56,686 bases of DNA from a virus (taxonomy: Duplodnaviria; Caudoviricetes): IMG/VR virus record IMGVR_UViG_3300021964_000082, positions 1-56,686 of that record; one strand, 5' to 3'. Below, piece by piece: positions 8,370-18,805 of this stretch. Position numbers and translations under genes: made by a program. The notes under the pieces were generated by a model, which saw only the letters and a list, made by a program, of their open reading frames with translations, was not told the DNA's origin and made no database searches. Numbering within the stretch: position 1 is the stretch's first letter; the number at the start of each line of letters is the position of its first letter.

Positions 8370-11129
8370 ATGAAGGTATTTAATGCAATGCAATTGAAGA
8401 ATGGTGCTAAAGCTGAAAGCGGGTATCCTACTACTTCTAGTCTAACACAACCAATACAATTTTTGTCTTCAAAGAAAAAGGATGAAAACTGGGCAGCTTG
8501 GAATTTAGATTGGCTTGAATTGCAAGGTATGCAGTTCTTAAGACAAAATGCAAGAAAGCTTCTTAAGAATTATAAATTAGCAAAAGGTATTATTGATAAA
8601 ACAGACTACATTGTTGAAGAGGACAATGATTACTCTGACCTTGTTAATGTTCTTACAAAGGAAGATGAGTCGGCTCTAGAATTAAAGTTTTATCCAATTA
8701 TTCCAAACGTAGTAAATGTTCTTTGTGGTGAATTTTCTAAAAGATTTAGTAAAGTTCAATTTAGAGCAGTTGATGATTTGTCTTATAATGAAATGCTTGA
8801 ACAAAAAAGAGCACTAGTTGAAGAAAATCTATTGGCAGATGCAGAAAAAAAATTAATAGCAAAAATGCTAGAGATGGGTGCAGATATAAATGCACCTGAA
8901 GTAAAGGAACAATTAGCTCCTCAAAACCTCAAAACTCTTCCTGAGATAGAAGACTTTTTTAGTAAAGACTACAGAAGCTTAGTAGAAGAATGGGCGTCTC
9001 ATCAATTAAATGTTGATGAAGAACGTTTTAAAATGCAAGAATTAGAAGAGCGTGCATTTAGAGACATGCTTATTACAGATAGAGAATTCTGGCATTTTAG
9101 AATGATGGAAGATGATTATGAAGTAGAACTTTGGAATCCTGTTCTTACATTCTATCAAAAATCACCAGATACAAGATATATATCTCAATCTAATTACGCA
9201 GGTAAAATGGATCTTATGACCGTAGCTGACGTAATTGACAAGTATGGATATCTAATGAATCAAAAACAATTAGAGTCTTTACAAGAAATCTATCCTGCTA
9301 AATCAGGTAGATATCAAGTATCTGGTTATCAAAATGACGGTGCATATTATGATCCTACAAAATCACATGAATGGAACACTAATGCACCAAGCTTAGGTTA
9401 TAGACAATTTGTAAGCAATTGGAATAATGCTCCTGAATATGGGGGTGACATTATCAGTTCTATTCTTAATGAGGGTGATGATTTACCAAATTGGGGGGAA
9501 GGGTCCTTAATGAGAGTTACCACAGTCTACTGGAAAACTCAACGTAAAGTTGGACACCTTACTAAAATCACAGAAGAAGGGGAGATAATTCAGGAGATTA
9601 TTGATGAAACCTTTAAGGTTACAGAAAAACCAATTTATGATACAACTTTATACAAAAATAAAACTAAAGAAAATCTAGTTCAAGGAGAACACATAGATTG
9701 GATTTGGATTAATGAAGTATGGGGTGGTATTAAAATTGGACCAAACTTACCAGCATTTTGGAAGTCAGATGCAAGTAATAATATTAATCCTATTTACTTA
9801 GGTATTAATAGAAAGAAACCAGGTAAGATTCCATTCCAATTTAAAGGTGATACAAGTTTATATGGTTGTAAACTACCAGTTGAAGGACGTGTATTTTCTG
9901 ACCGCAACACTAGATCAACATCTTTAGTTGATCTTATGAAAGCGTATCAAGTTGGATACAACATGGTTAATAATCAGATTGCAGATATTCTAGTAGATGA
10001 ACTAGGTACTGTAATTATGTTTGATCAAAATGCATTACCAAGACACTCTATGGGAGAAGATTGGGGTAAGGGTAATTATGCTAAAGCTTATGTAGCAATG
10101 AAGGATTTCCAAATGCTTCCTCTTGATACATCTATTACTAATACAGAGAATGCAACAAACTTTAATCATTATCAGACTCTAAATATGGAGCAGACTAATA
10201 GGTTAATGTCACGTATTCAATTAGCTAATTATTTTAAACAACAAGCGTTTGATGCAATTGGTGTAAATCCACAGCGTTTAGGTGCTCCTATGGGTAATGA
10301 AACAGCTACTGGAGTTACTCAAGCATTAAATCAATCTTATGCACAAACAGAGATTTACTTTACTCAGCATGCGGATCATTTAATGCCTAGAGTTCATCAA
10401 ATGCGTACAGATCTAGCACAATATTATTATAGCACAAGTCCAAGTGTGAGACTTTCTTACATGACAACGGAAGCAGAAAAAGTAAATTTTGTAATAAATG
10501 GAACTGATCTCTTATTAAGAGACTTTAATGTATTTGCTACAACTAAAACAAATCATAGAGGTATACTAGATCAATTGAAACAATTAGCTATTAGCAATAA
10601 TACTTCTGGTGCAAGTATTTATGATTTAGGTAATATTATTAAAGCAGATTCTATTGCTGAGGTTTCTGATATCTTAAAGGATGCAGAAACTAAACAAATG
10701 CAAATGAGAGACCAAGAAATGCAACAGCAAAGAGAAATGCAAGAACAACAGCTTCAAGCTAAAGCTCAAGAAGAGCAGCTTAAACGTGATTATGAAAGCA
10801 TGGAAGCGGATAAAGAACGTCAAAAAGATCTTGAAGTAGCACAAATTAGAGCAGCTGGTTATGGTTCTATGGCTGATATAAATCAAAATCAAATTTCAGA
10901 CTATCAGGATGAAATGGAAAATATCAGAAAAGATAGAAAAGATAGAGAACAGATGAATATGCAAAAAGAACAAGCGCGTATTCAAAACTCTAATATGCAA
11001 TCTAAATTACAAATAGATAGAGAAAAATTAGCAACTCAAAGAGAAGTTGCTGATAAGAAACTTCAGGTAGCTAGAGAAAACAAAAACAAGTATGATGTTT
11101 CTTCATCTGAAAGAAAGAAAAAATCTTAA
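8370..11129 (+). CDS. portal protein
   Basis: 919 aa directly after TerL; YPIIPNVVNVLCGE and GVNPQRLG motifs; Q/E-rich C-terminal coiled coil. Confidence 0.88.
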   Translation: MKVFNAMQLKNGAKAESGYPTTSSLTQPIQFLSSKKKDENWAAWNLDWLELQGMQFLRQNARKLLKNYKLAKGIIDKTDYIVEEDNDYSDLVNVLTKEDESALELKFYPIIPNVVNVLCGEFSKRFSKVQFRAVDDLSYNEMLEQKRALVEENLLADAEKKLIAKMLEMGADINAPEVKEQLAPQNLKTLPEIEDFFSKDYRSLVEEWASHQLNVDEERFKMQELEERAFRDMLITDREFWHFRMMEDDYEVELWNPVLTFYQKSPDTRYISQSNYAGKMDLMTVADVIDKYGYLMNQKQLESLQEIYPAKSGRYQVSGYQNDGAYYDPTKSHEWNTNAPSLGYRQFVSNWNNAPEYGGDIISSILNEGDDLPNWGEGSLMRVTTVYWKTQRKVGHLTKITEEGEIIQEIIDETFKVTEKPIYDTTLYKNKTKENLVQGEHIDWIWINEVWGGIKIGPNLPAFWKSDASNNINPIYLGINRKKPGKIPFQFKGDTSLYGCKLPVEGRVFSDRNTRSTSLVDLMKAYQVGYNMVNNQIADILVDELGTVIMFDQNALPRHSMGEDWGKGNYAKAYVAMKDFQMLPLDTSITNTENATNFNHYQTLNMEQTNRLMSRIQLANYFKQQAFDAIGVNPQRLGAPMGNETATGVTQALNQSYAQTEIYFTQHADHLMPRVHQMRTDLAQYYYSTSPSVRLSYMTTEAEKVNFVINGTDLLLRDFNVFATTKTNHRGILDQLKQLAISNNTSGASIYDLGNIIKADSIAEVSDILKDAETKQMQMRDQEMQQQREMQEQQLQAKAQEEQLKRDYESMEADKERQKDLEVAQIRAAGYGSMADINQNQISDYQDEMENIRKDRKDREQMNMQKEQARIQNSNMQSKLQIDREKLATQREVADKKLQVARENKNKYDVSSSERKKKS

Positions 11130-11235
11130 AATAAACTTTCTTAATATATTTAAAAACAGAAAAAACATAGATAGCTATATACTGCACAAAATCAAATAAC
11201 AGCTTTGCATTTTGTAAGTTTATTTCTAAAAATGT

Positions 11236-11252
11236 TTGTATATTGTATATGT
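11236..11252 (+). promoter_or_regulatory. putative phage late promoter motif
   Basis: TTGTATATT-GTATAT-GT; recurs in several intergenic regions. Confidence 0.6.
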
Positions 11253-11284
11253 AAGAATTAGTAATTACAAAAACCAACAATATT

Positions 11285-12574
11285 ATGGCAACAGAAACTA
11301 AAACAGTTGAGAGTAAAGTTACTCAAGAAAATATTGATTTAGATTCTCTTTTTGATGGTGCAGCTGGTGCAGATAGCGTAACAGTTCCAGAAGAAAGTCA
11401 ACCTAAATCAATTTTTACAAAACCAAGTGAAGAAGCTGATTTTTCTTTTGCAGACCCAGAAGCGGAAGTAGAAGAGAATACAGAAACAAAAGAAGTTGAA
11501 ACAGAAGCAAATGCTGAAGAGACAACAGAAACCAAATCAGAAGTTAAAGAAAGTGCAGACGAAGTATTTGCAGCACTTGATGAAGCGGAAGATGAGGATG
11601 AACAAGAGGAGAAAAAAGAAACAAGAGGAAGAAAAAAGATTTCTGGAATAAGTGATGTGTTTAACAAACTTATAAAAGATGACAAGATTGTTCCTTTTGA
11701 TGATGATAAGCCGTTAGAAGAATATTCGGCTAAAGACTGGGAAGAATTAATTGAAGCTAACTTGGAAGAAAGGGCAAGTCAAGTTAGAAGAGAAACTCCC
11801 AAACAGTTCTTTGAAAGTTTGCCACAAGAACTCCAGATTGCTGCAAGATATGTTGCAGATGGAGGTAGAGACCTAAAAGGTTTGTTTTCAACACTAGCTC
11901 ATTCTGAAGAGAAAAAGAGTTTAGATGTTAAAAATGAAAACGATCAAGAGGTTATTATTAGAGACTACCTTCAAGCTACAGGATATGGAACAGCAGAGGA
12001 GATTGCAGAGGAAATTGAAATTTGGAAAGATTTAGGAAAGCTTGAACAACAAGCTTCTAAGTTTAAACCAAAGTTGGATAAGATGCAGGAAAAAGTGATT
12101 GCTCAAAAATTGCAAGAACAAGAAATGCGTAAGAAACAACAACAACAAGCATCTCAGCAATACATGGAGAACGTATATAATACTCTTAAGGAAGGTTCCT
12201 TGGGTGATATTAAAGTTGATAGAAAGACGCAGTCTATGCTATACAATGGTTTAGTACAACCCAATTATCCTTCAGTAAGTGGTAGAAATACAAACTTGTT
12301 AGGTCATTTGCTTGAAAAGTATCAGTTTGTTGAACCAAACTATACACTGATTTCAGAAGCACTGTGGTTGTTATCTGATCCTGATGGTTATAAAAATAAA
12401 ATCATGGAGAAAGGTGCTCAACAAAGTGTAGAGAAAACAGTAAGAAAGCTTAAGACTGAACAAGCTAATGCTGGTGGATCCTCTCTTGGAGTAGAACAAC
12501 GTGAAGAAGATACTAAATCACGTTCTACAAAAAGAAAGATTCCAAGAAGCAATAACATATTTAAAAGGTTTTAA
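11285..12574 (+). CDS. acidic scaffold-like structural protein between portal and MCP
   Basis: Very acidic low-complexity N-terminus, helical C-terminus; synteny with crAss-like capsid module. Confidence 0.7.
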   Translation: MATETKTVESKVTQENIDLDSLFDGAAGADSVTVPEESQPKSIFTKPSEEADFSFADPEAEVEENTETKEVETEANAEETTETKSEVKESADEVFAALDEAEDEDEQEEKKETRGRKKISGISDVFNKLIKDDKIVPFDDDKPLEEYSAKDWEELIEANLEERASQVRRETPKQFFESLPQELQIAARYVADGGRDLKGLFSTLAHSEEKKSLDVKNENDQEVIIRDYLQATGYGTAEEIAEEIEIWKDLGKLEQQASKFKPKLDKMQEKVIAQKLQEQEMRKKQQQQASQQYMENVYNTLKEGSLGDIKVDRKTQSMLYNGLVQPNYPSVSGRNTNLLGHLLEKYQFVEPNYTLISEALWLLSDPDGYKNKIMEKGAQQSVEKTVRKLKTEQANAGGSSLGVEQREEDTKSRSTKRKIPRSNNIFKRF

Positions 12575-12619
12575 TAATAAACACAAATAATAAACAATTA
12601 ATTTAAATAACAATCAATT

Positions 12620-14236
12620 ATGGCAACTCCTGTTTTAAACAATGGAATTTTCCTAAGAGATACTGCCTACAAAGCAAGTTCTCATGTTGATTCTTATCAC
12701 CTTACCCAGATGCTTGGTTCTGCCGAGCCTATGGATATGGGACCAGTTGATTTGTGGGCAATGACTCAAAAAGTTGAAATGCCTCTTTATCAAATGGCTT
12801 CTTTTGGTGGAAAGAATACAATCTCTGTAGACAACGCACGTGGTGAGTACAAATGGCAAACTCCTATCGCTCAAGATTTACCTTTTGTTGTAGCTGACAT
12901 TGAGCCAGCAAATGACGCAAAAGGTGTTGATGGTACTACCTTCAAAATCAAACTCTCTAAGAGAGCATTTGGTCACGGTGATATCATTACTTATGACAAG
13001 TACAACGGTTTGGAAATGTACATCACTGCTGATGACATTATTCCTGCTGGTGACGGATTTATCTACACTGTTCAGTTGGTAAACAACAACAGTGCTGTTT
13101 CTTTGGACAACTCTTACTTAAATGCAGGTACTAAGTACTTTAGAAAAGGTTCTGCACGTGGTGAATACGGAGAAAGATTCTCTGACATTGAAACTGGTTC
13201 TGGATTCCGTGAGTTCTACAACTTTGTTGGTGGAGCTGAAGCACACGTACATTACTCTGTATCTAGCCGTGCTGATCTTATGATCAAAGGTGGTTTGAAT
13301 GCTGATGGTACTGTACCTGTAACGGAAATCTGGAGAAACTATGATGAAAGCGGTAATCCTTCAGTATCTTCTATTGAAGAATTAGTAGCTAGCATGGGTA
13401 AGTCTGGTGCGCGTCAAGCATTTGAAGAAGGTAGATTGAGCAGAACTTTCGTTACTAATATGGAAGCAGCTCACCTTAGCAAAATTGCTAATGACATTGA
13501 AACTTACCTAATGTGGGGTAAAGGTGGTAGAATTAAGCAAGACGGACCGGATGATATCAGATTATCTGTAGGTCTTTGGTCTCAGTTGGATAACTCTTTC
13601 AAGAGAGTATACAACAAGTCTGCTTTCTCTCTAGACATGTTTAAGTCTGAACTATACAACTTCTACCAAGGTAAAGTTGAGTTCAAAGGACCAGACCCAC
13701 AGCGTCAATTAGTTGTACAAACTGGTATCGGTGGTATGCAGCTAATTAACAAAGCTATTGCTGATGAAGTTTACGGTTCAGGTCTTGTACAGAATGCATC
13801 TGAAATTGGTGCTGTAACTGGACAAGGTATGGATCTAGACTTTGGTTTTGCTTACACAAGCTTTACTATTCCTTTCTTGGCAAATGTTAAGTTTGTATTG
13901 AACCCAGCATTTGATAACCTTCACACTAATGATGTTGAGAATCCATTGATTGATGGACGTCCATTGAGCTCTTATAGCTTCATCATCTTTGATGTGACTG
14001 AGAATGGTAACGATAACATTCACTTATTGAAATTGTCTTGGGATAACCAATTGAAGTGGTTCTACCAAAATGGTACTATGGACTACATGGGACGTACTCA
14101 AGGCTTTGCTTCTTCTGGTAACTTTAATGGTTATAGAGTTTACATGACTCAAACCATGCCAGCTGTATGGGTGAAAGATCCAACCAAAGTATTGAAAATT
14201 GTTATGAGAAACCCTGTAACTGGAGGTTCATTCTAA
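12620..14236 (+). CDS. major capsid protein
   Basis: 538 aa; TerL-portal-scaffold-MCP order; high-expression codon bias (TAC/AAC/TTC); strong terminator downstream. Confidence 0.85.
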   Translation: MATPVLNNGIFLRDTAYKASSHVDSYHLTQMLGSAEPMDMGPVDLWAMTQKVEMPLYQMASFGGKNTISVDNARGEYKWQTPIAQDLPFVVADIEPANDAKGVDGTTFKIKLSKRAFGHGDIITYDKYNGLEMYITADDIIPAGDGFIYTVQLVNNNSAVSLDNSYLNAGTKYFRKGSARGEYGERFSDIETGSGFREFYNFVGGAEAHVHYSVSSRADLMIKGGLNADGTVPVTEIWRNYDESGNPSVSSIEELVASMGKSGARQAFEEGRLSRTFVTNMEAAHLSKIANDIETYLMWGKGGRIKQDGPDDIRLSVGLWSQLDNSFKRVYNKSAFSLDMFKSELYNFYQGKVEFKGPDPQRQLVVQTGIGGMQLINKAIADEVYGSGLVQNASEIGAVTGQGMDLDFGFAYTSFTIPFLANVKFVLNPAFDNLHTNDVENPLIDGRPLSSYSFIIFDVTENGNDNIHLLKLSWDNQLKWFYQNGTMDYMGRTQGFASSGNFNGYRVYMTQTMPAVWVKDPTKVLKIVMRNPVTGGSF

Positions 14237-14260
14237 TAACATAATTTTATAACCAGAAAG

Positions 14261-14291
14261 GGGAGGTGGGTAAAACCTCCTCCCTTTTTTT
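14261..14291 (+). terminator. intrinsic terminator after MCP
   Basis: Stem GGGAGG-T-GG / CC-T-CCTCCC followed by T7. Confidence 0.85.
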
Positions 14292-14306
14292 AAAAAAAAG
14301 TATACC

Positions 14307-14465
14307 ATGGCACTTGATAAATTAAAACAAAAAAACCGTGATGAGGTTCTTGATAAAGCATCAAGATCAGAACATGGGCAAGCTAGATTTGCTCATCTTA
14401 ATGTATTAGTTGATTACATTAATAAACTTGAAAAAAGAATAGAAGCTCTTGAACAAGCTCCTTGA
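14307..14465 (+). CDS. 52-aa small protein with C-terminal coiled coil
   Basis: Manual translation MALDKLKQKNRDEVLDKASRSEHGQARFAHLNVLVDYINKLEKRIEALEQAP; ends TGA TAG TGA; below ORF-track cutoff. Confidence 0.65.
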   Translation: MALDKLKQKNRDEVLDKASRSEHGQARFAHLNVLVDYINKLEKRIEALEQAP

Positions 14466-14599
14466 TAGTGATTAAGTTGTTATTTCTCAAATAACTTTTG
14501 CTGGGAAACCAGCATTAGAAATATTAATAATAAATATAGACAAATGTCTATTTTTGAGTAAACAACTAAATATTATTAATTTTAAAAACCAATTGAAAA

Positions 14600-15616
14600 A
14601 TGAGTGATTACACTATTGTAGAAAAGTATCAGCAAAGTAAAAATCAAACTATTGCTATACGACCCTTCTTTGATCCTAGTAAACAAAATATGGGATTAGA
14701 GCAGTATGGAATGGCACTTCATGAAGGAGTATGGCATGAAGAATCTTTAGCCTGTTTGGAATTAAACGGTGTTAAAAGGTATGTAACAGGTTTAAATGAA
14801 TTTGCACCTGATGTAAAAAGACTAGCACCTGGGGATCGTGAAGTAAAAGTTAAAGAAATTAGACAGGTTGTTACACAACTTGAAGCTGAACTTGCAGCAA
14901 ATGTTTTAGATCCAGAAGACAAAGACTTTTGGAATAAAGTAACTTTATTAAAACCAGATAATGATAAATTTTGGTCTCGCATTAGTTTAAGATGTGGAAA
15001 TGATCCTCTTTATCTAGATCCATCAAAGGATCCTTATGATTTAATTAAAATTTATGCTATTAATGCTGGAGGTTTTTCTATTGTAGCCAAGTCACTTAAA
15101 GATGCAAAGAAAGCTGTAAACCCTCCTAAATTTTACTTAGATCAGTTAGAAGAAACCATCAGTGAAAGAACTCAGTACACTAAACTTAGAAATAAAGCTT
15201 TAGTAGAGTTGCAAAAATTATATGATACTGATACAACAAAGTTGATGTATGTTGCTAAAAGTGTAGATGTAGAAAGTACACAGTATACAAAGTCAACACC
15301 AAATGATATCATGTATGAAAATATGGATATGTTCATTAATGGAGAGGGAACAGAATCTAATAAGAAAAGAGCAGCTGAAAGCTTTTTAGATGCTGCAAAA
15401 GATTCTATGGAAAATCTGAAAATCAGAGCATTAGTTAAAGATGCTTTATTTTACAGATTCCTTGTACCAAAATCTTCAGGTTGGATTGAGACTGTAGATA
15501 GTTCAGAAAAATTAGGTAAAAGACCTGGTGAAGTTATTGACTATCTAAAGGAACCGTCTAATGAAGATACTTTAATGAGTTTAATGTCCAAAGTAGAAAC
15601 ATACTGGAATACATAA
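14600..15616 (+). CDS. structural-module protein downstream of MCP
   Basis: 338-aa ORF; synteny with the crAss-like post-MCP gene. Confidence 0.7.
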   Translation: MSDYTIVEKYQQSKNQTIAIRPFFDPSKQNMGLEQYGMALHEGVWHEESLACLELNGVKRYVTGLNEFAPDVKRLAPGDREVKVKEIRQVVTQLEAELAANVLDPEDKDFWNKVTLLKPDNDKFWSRISLRCGNDPLYLDPSKDPYDLIKIYAINAGGFSIVAKSLKDAKKAVNPPKFYLDQLEETISERTQYTKLRNKALVELQKLYDTDTTKLMYVAKSVDVESTQYTKSTPNDIMYENMDMFINGEGTESNKKRAAESFLDAAKDSMENLKIRALVKDALFYRFLVPKSSGWIETVDSSEKLGKRPGEVIDYLKEPSNEDTLMSLMSKVETYWNT

Positions 15617-15627
15617 CACATTAAGAA

Positions 15628-16329
15628 ATGAATAATCAAACTCTACAAATTAAATTAAGACAAAGGCTAAATAAACTATCTAGCAATGATTTTGACAATA
15701 TAGAATGTTGGCAAATTGTAGAGGCATTTAATAAAGCGCAAGTTGAATGGGTAAGACGTCAACTTCATGGTAATAATATGTATCGTGAAGGAGATGAGAT
15801 GTCTAAAAGAAGAATAGATGATTTAAATATTCTTTTAGAAGAATCCAATTTACCTGGTTTTTTAGATGACAATTATTTTCAGTCTACTGCTATTCCTACT
15901 GATTACATGGAATATAAAAGGATATCAGCATTTGCAACAAGTGAGTGCTGTCCTGATCCAAGATCAATGACTGTTTATTTATCTGAAGAAGCTAATGTTG
16001 ATTTAATTATGAGAGACCCTCTTAAAAGACCTGATTATGATTGGGGAGAGACATTCTGTACATGGTTAGGTAACAACGTTAGAGTTTATAGAAGAGAGTT
16101 TGATATTACAGATGTTATTTTAACTTACTATAGACAACCCGTTAATATAGAAATAGCGGGTTGTCAAAATCCTTATGATGGAACACAAACAACAGTTGAT
16201 GTAGAATGTGAATTTAAAGATGATATAGCAGAAGTATTACTAGATGAAACAGCTTCTTTAATTGCTGGTGATATAGAAAACTTTAATCAGTATACAACAA
16301 ATCAACAAACAGCTGAAAGAAATAATTAA
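15628..16329 (+). CDS. putative ring/adaptor (neck) protein
   Basis: AFNKAQ N-terminal helix, LTYYRQP and C-terminal ECEF...EVLLD helix typical of head-tail adaptor proteins. Confidence 0.6.
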   Translation: MNNQTLQIKLRQRLNKLSSNDFDNIECWQIVEAFNKAQVEWVRRQLHGNNMYREGDEMSKRRIDDLNILLEESNLPGFLDDNYFQSTAIPTDYMEYKRISAFATSECCPDPRSMTVYLSEEANVDLIMRDPLKRPDYDWGETFCTWLGNNVRVYRREFDITDVILTYYRQPVNIEIAGCQNPYDGTQTTVDVECEFKDDIAEVLLDETASLIAGDIENFNQYTTNQQTAERNN

Positions 16330-16805
16330 TGGAAAATAAAAGAACTTTAAGAAAAGAGGTTTCTAAAGGATTATCTAGATCTGCAACTAAAAAGTCAATG
16401 ATGGATAGATCACCTGAAATGAAAAAGGTTGATGCAATGACTGGTGATTTAGTTGTAGAGATTATGAATGCAAGAACAAGTTTTCATAAACTTCATTTAC
16501 AAGTAACCGGAGATGGTTCCTATGCACAACATAAAGCACTAAACGAGTTATATGATGCACTACCTGATTTGATAGATACTATTGCTGAAGGATATCAAGG
16601 AGCTTGTGAGGTTCTCTTAGCATACCCTGATAAAGCACCAGCAACATTAATAGATGTAGATGGTGCAGTAGAATATATGAGGATATTGGCAATGCAAATA
16701 GATGAATTGCAAAAAGTAATGCCTCATAGTGAAGTTGTAAACAATCTTGATCTAATTAAAGATGAAATAAACTCTGCTAAATATAAACTATTATTTCTTA
16801 GCTAG
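16329..16805 (+). CDS. Dps/ferritin-like four-helix protein
   Basis: FHKLHLQVTG...YAQHKALNELYDALPDLIDTIAEGYQG matches the Dps-like H...H...D...E layout. Confidence 0.75.
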   Translation: MENKRTLRKEVSKGLSRSATKKSMMDRSPEMKKVDAMTGDLVVEIMNARTSFHKLHLQVTGDGSYAQHKALNELYDALPDLIDTIAEGYQGACEVLLAYPDKAPATLIDVDGAVEYMRILAMQIDELQKVMPHSEVVNNLDLIKDEINSAKYKLLFLS

Positions 16806-16825
16806 TTGGAATATTAAAAAGAATA

Positions 16826-16842
16826 TTGTATATTATATATGT
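16826..16842 (+). promoter_or_regulatory. putative phage late promoter motif
   Basis: TTGTATATT-ATATAT-GT. Confidence 0.6.
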
Positions 16843-16886
16843 GTGAAACACACAACTTTTATTTGTTAAACTTAAATTTATAAAAA

Positions 16887-18113
16887 ATGGCTTATTTTAA
16901 TCATGCTTTTTACAAAAGCTTTTTAGCAGTATCAGCTGATGCTGTTGATGGAACTAAGACTGCAGATTTAGCTGCAGGTCAATTAGCCTTGGTAGATGGA
17001 AGTGACTGGACTGCTCATGCGGTTGGTGCTTTTCCTGTACCTGGAATGGCTTATTTAGTACAAGGTTCTCTTCACTCAAGTGACACTATTGGTAATAATA
17101 AACACCACGGTGGTTATGCAGAATCTGTAAAATCAAAAGGAATTAACCCAAGATACTTGACAAGAGTATGGGAGTCTAGCTGTGTTGAGGCTACTCCTTC
17201 TGTTGCTTCTATTAAGGTTGGTCCTAAATGTCACCCATGTGGTAGCAATTTAATGCTTCGTTTGGATGTTAAAGGTGCTCCTGCTTTACGTTATTTAAAT
17301 CACAATGCTTATGCAATTGGTGATTCTATTGGAGATGCAGCTGATGGTGATGTACCAGGATTGTGTTGTGTAGATGGTCAAGAATACCTTGATCCTGCAG
17401 TAGCACTTGCTAAAATGGGCAAAATGCTATTAGCAGATCCTATTGTTGCTCCTTTCATTAAGGAACCAACTGCAGGTGGTATTGAAGTATCTGTTGCAGG
17501 TGTTGCAACTGTTTACAGCATTGCTGATGTATTAGATGGTACTTATGTTGCTTCAACTGATCCAGTTACTGATGAAGTATCTGCTAAGATTTCATTTGAA
17601 GGTGCTTATGTGGATACTAAATTCGGTGACTGTACTTTTGATACACGTGATTACTACGGTAAAGAACCAATTCAATTGTATGCTTCATTGTTAAATGAAA
17701 CTGGTGATCCTTGTAATGATTGTGGTGAAGCTGAAAGAACAGCTGGTACTACTAAGCAAACTCAAGGTGAGAGTGTATTGAGACAACTTTTATTGACTGA
17801 ATCTTACGGTCAAGCTCCTTTCCACCAAGGTAATGCTGATGCATTCCGTATGCGTGAGATTGAAGGATCTGAAGAAGTTATCTCTGCTGTAGATCGTAGT
17901 GCTTTATACAAAGCTTACTATGTACAACACAGCATTCCACGTTTGAACAATGCTACAAGCGTATTTGATAATGATCAGTATGTTTATGAGATCTTTGTTA
18001 AATGTGATGATGATGCTGCACAAGGTCAAGTTGAAGTTTTATTGGATGCTCTAGTAGCAGCTGCTAATTCTTCTGGTAATCCAATTGTCAGAGAAGAATC
18101 AATTGATCAATAA
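16887..18113 (+). CDS. probable abundant virion structural protein (auxiliary capsid/decoration candidate)
   Basis: 408 aa with own promoter motif and terminator; high-expression codon use; exact role inferred. Confidence 0.6.
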   Translation: MAYFNHAFYKSFLAVSADAVDGTKTADLAAGQLALVDGSDWTAHAVGAFPVPGMAYLVQGSLHSSDTIGNNKHHGGYAESVKSKGINPRYLTRVWESSCVEATPSVASIKVGPKCHPCGSNLMLRLDVKGAPALRYLNHNAYAIGDSIGDAADGDVPGLCCVDGQEYLDPAVALAKMGKMLLADPIVAPFIKEPTAGGIEVSVAGVATVYSIADVLDGTYVASTDPVTDEVSAKISFEGAYVDTKFGDCTFDTRDYYGKEPIQLYASLLNETGDPCNDCGEAERTAGTTKQTQGESVLRQLLLTESYGQAPFHQGNADAFRMREIEGSEEVISAVDRSALYKAYYVQHSIPRLNNATSVFDNDQYVYEIFVKCDDDAAQGQVEVLLDALVAAANSSGNPIVREESIDQ

Positions 18114-18135
18114 GAAATATTGACTATGAATATAG

Positions 18136-18170
18136 AAGGTGAGGGAGCAATCTCTCACCTTTTTTATTTT
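18136..18170 (+). terminator. intrinsic terminator
   Basis: Stem AAGGTGAGGGA / TCTCTCACCTT with GCAA tetraloop, then T-run. Confidence 0.85.
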
Positions 18171-18187
18171 ACATTCTAATCTTTTTT

Positions 18188-18204
18188 TTGTATATTATCT
18201 ATGT
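18188..18204 (+). promoter_or_regulatory. putative phage late promoter motif
   Basis: TTGTATATT-ATCTAT-GT directly after a terminator. Confidence 0.6.
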
Positions 18205-18233
18205 AGCAGATTGTATATACAATAATATAAATT

Positions 18234-18785
18234 ATGGCCGATAAGCATATATTAAGTCTAGAAGTTCCCACAGTAGCAAATTGTGAGATACTAAATATAA
18301 AAGATACAAGTCAGTATTCTTCTAAATTAGATATTGATTGTGGAGAGCTATTGGTTACTCCTCCAGGATATAATGCGCCCGTTCTTTTAAAGGTGGATCC
18401 TAGTTTTGATATTAATCTGAACGGTTGTCTTCTTGGTACACAAACACAGAATTGTGGTACTATGAGAACTTCTTTAATGGATGGTATTTATGTTATAAAA
18501 TACAGTGTAGCACCAGTTGACAAAGTTTATGTAGAGTATAATCATTTAAGAATTACAAATATACTTACACTATACTATGAGACTTTATGTCACATTGATA
18601 TAAAAGATTGTGAACCTCATAGTGAAAGAAAAGATCTTATTGATGAAATGAAATATATAAGAACAGTAATTGATGGAGCGGTTGCAAAAGTAGAATATTG
18701 CAATAGTCCAAAAGAAGGTATGGCTTTGTATGATTATGCAAAGAAAAGACTTCAGAAAATTTCATGTAAAACTGTAGGGTGTTAA
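18234..18785 (+). CDS. putative tail-hub/structural protein
   Basis: 183 aa; DGIYVIKYSV beta motif; located in tail module. Confidence 0.6.
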   Translation: MADKHILSLEVPTVANCEILNIKDTSQYSSKLDIDCGELLVTPPGYNAPVLLKVDPSFDINLNGCLLGTQTQNCGTMRTSLMDGIYVIKYSVAPVDKVYVEYNHLRITNILTLYYETLCHIDIKDCEPHSERKDLIDEMKYIRTVIDGAVAKVEYCNSPKEGMALYDYAKKRLQKISCKTVGC

Positions 18786-18805
18786 ACAATTAATAAACCA
18801 ATATT

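Noticed and set aside
6178-14236. Introns or inteins in terL, portal or MCP
   Set aside because: ORFs are uninterrupted; no LAGLIDADG/HNH or intein splice motifs noticed
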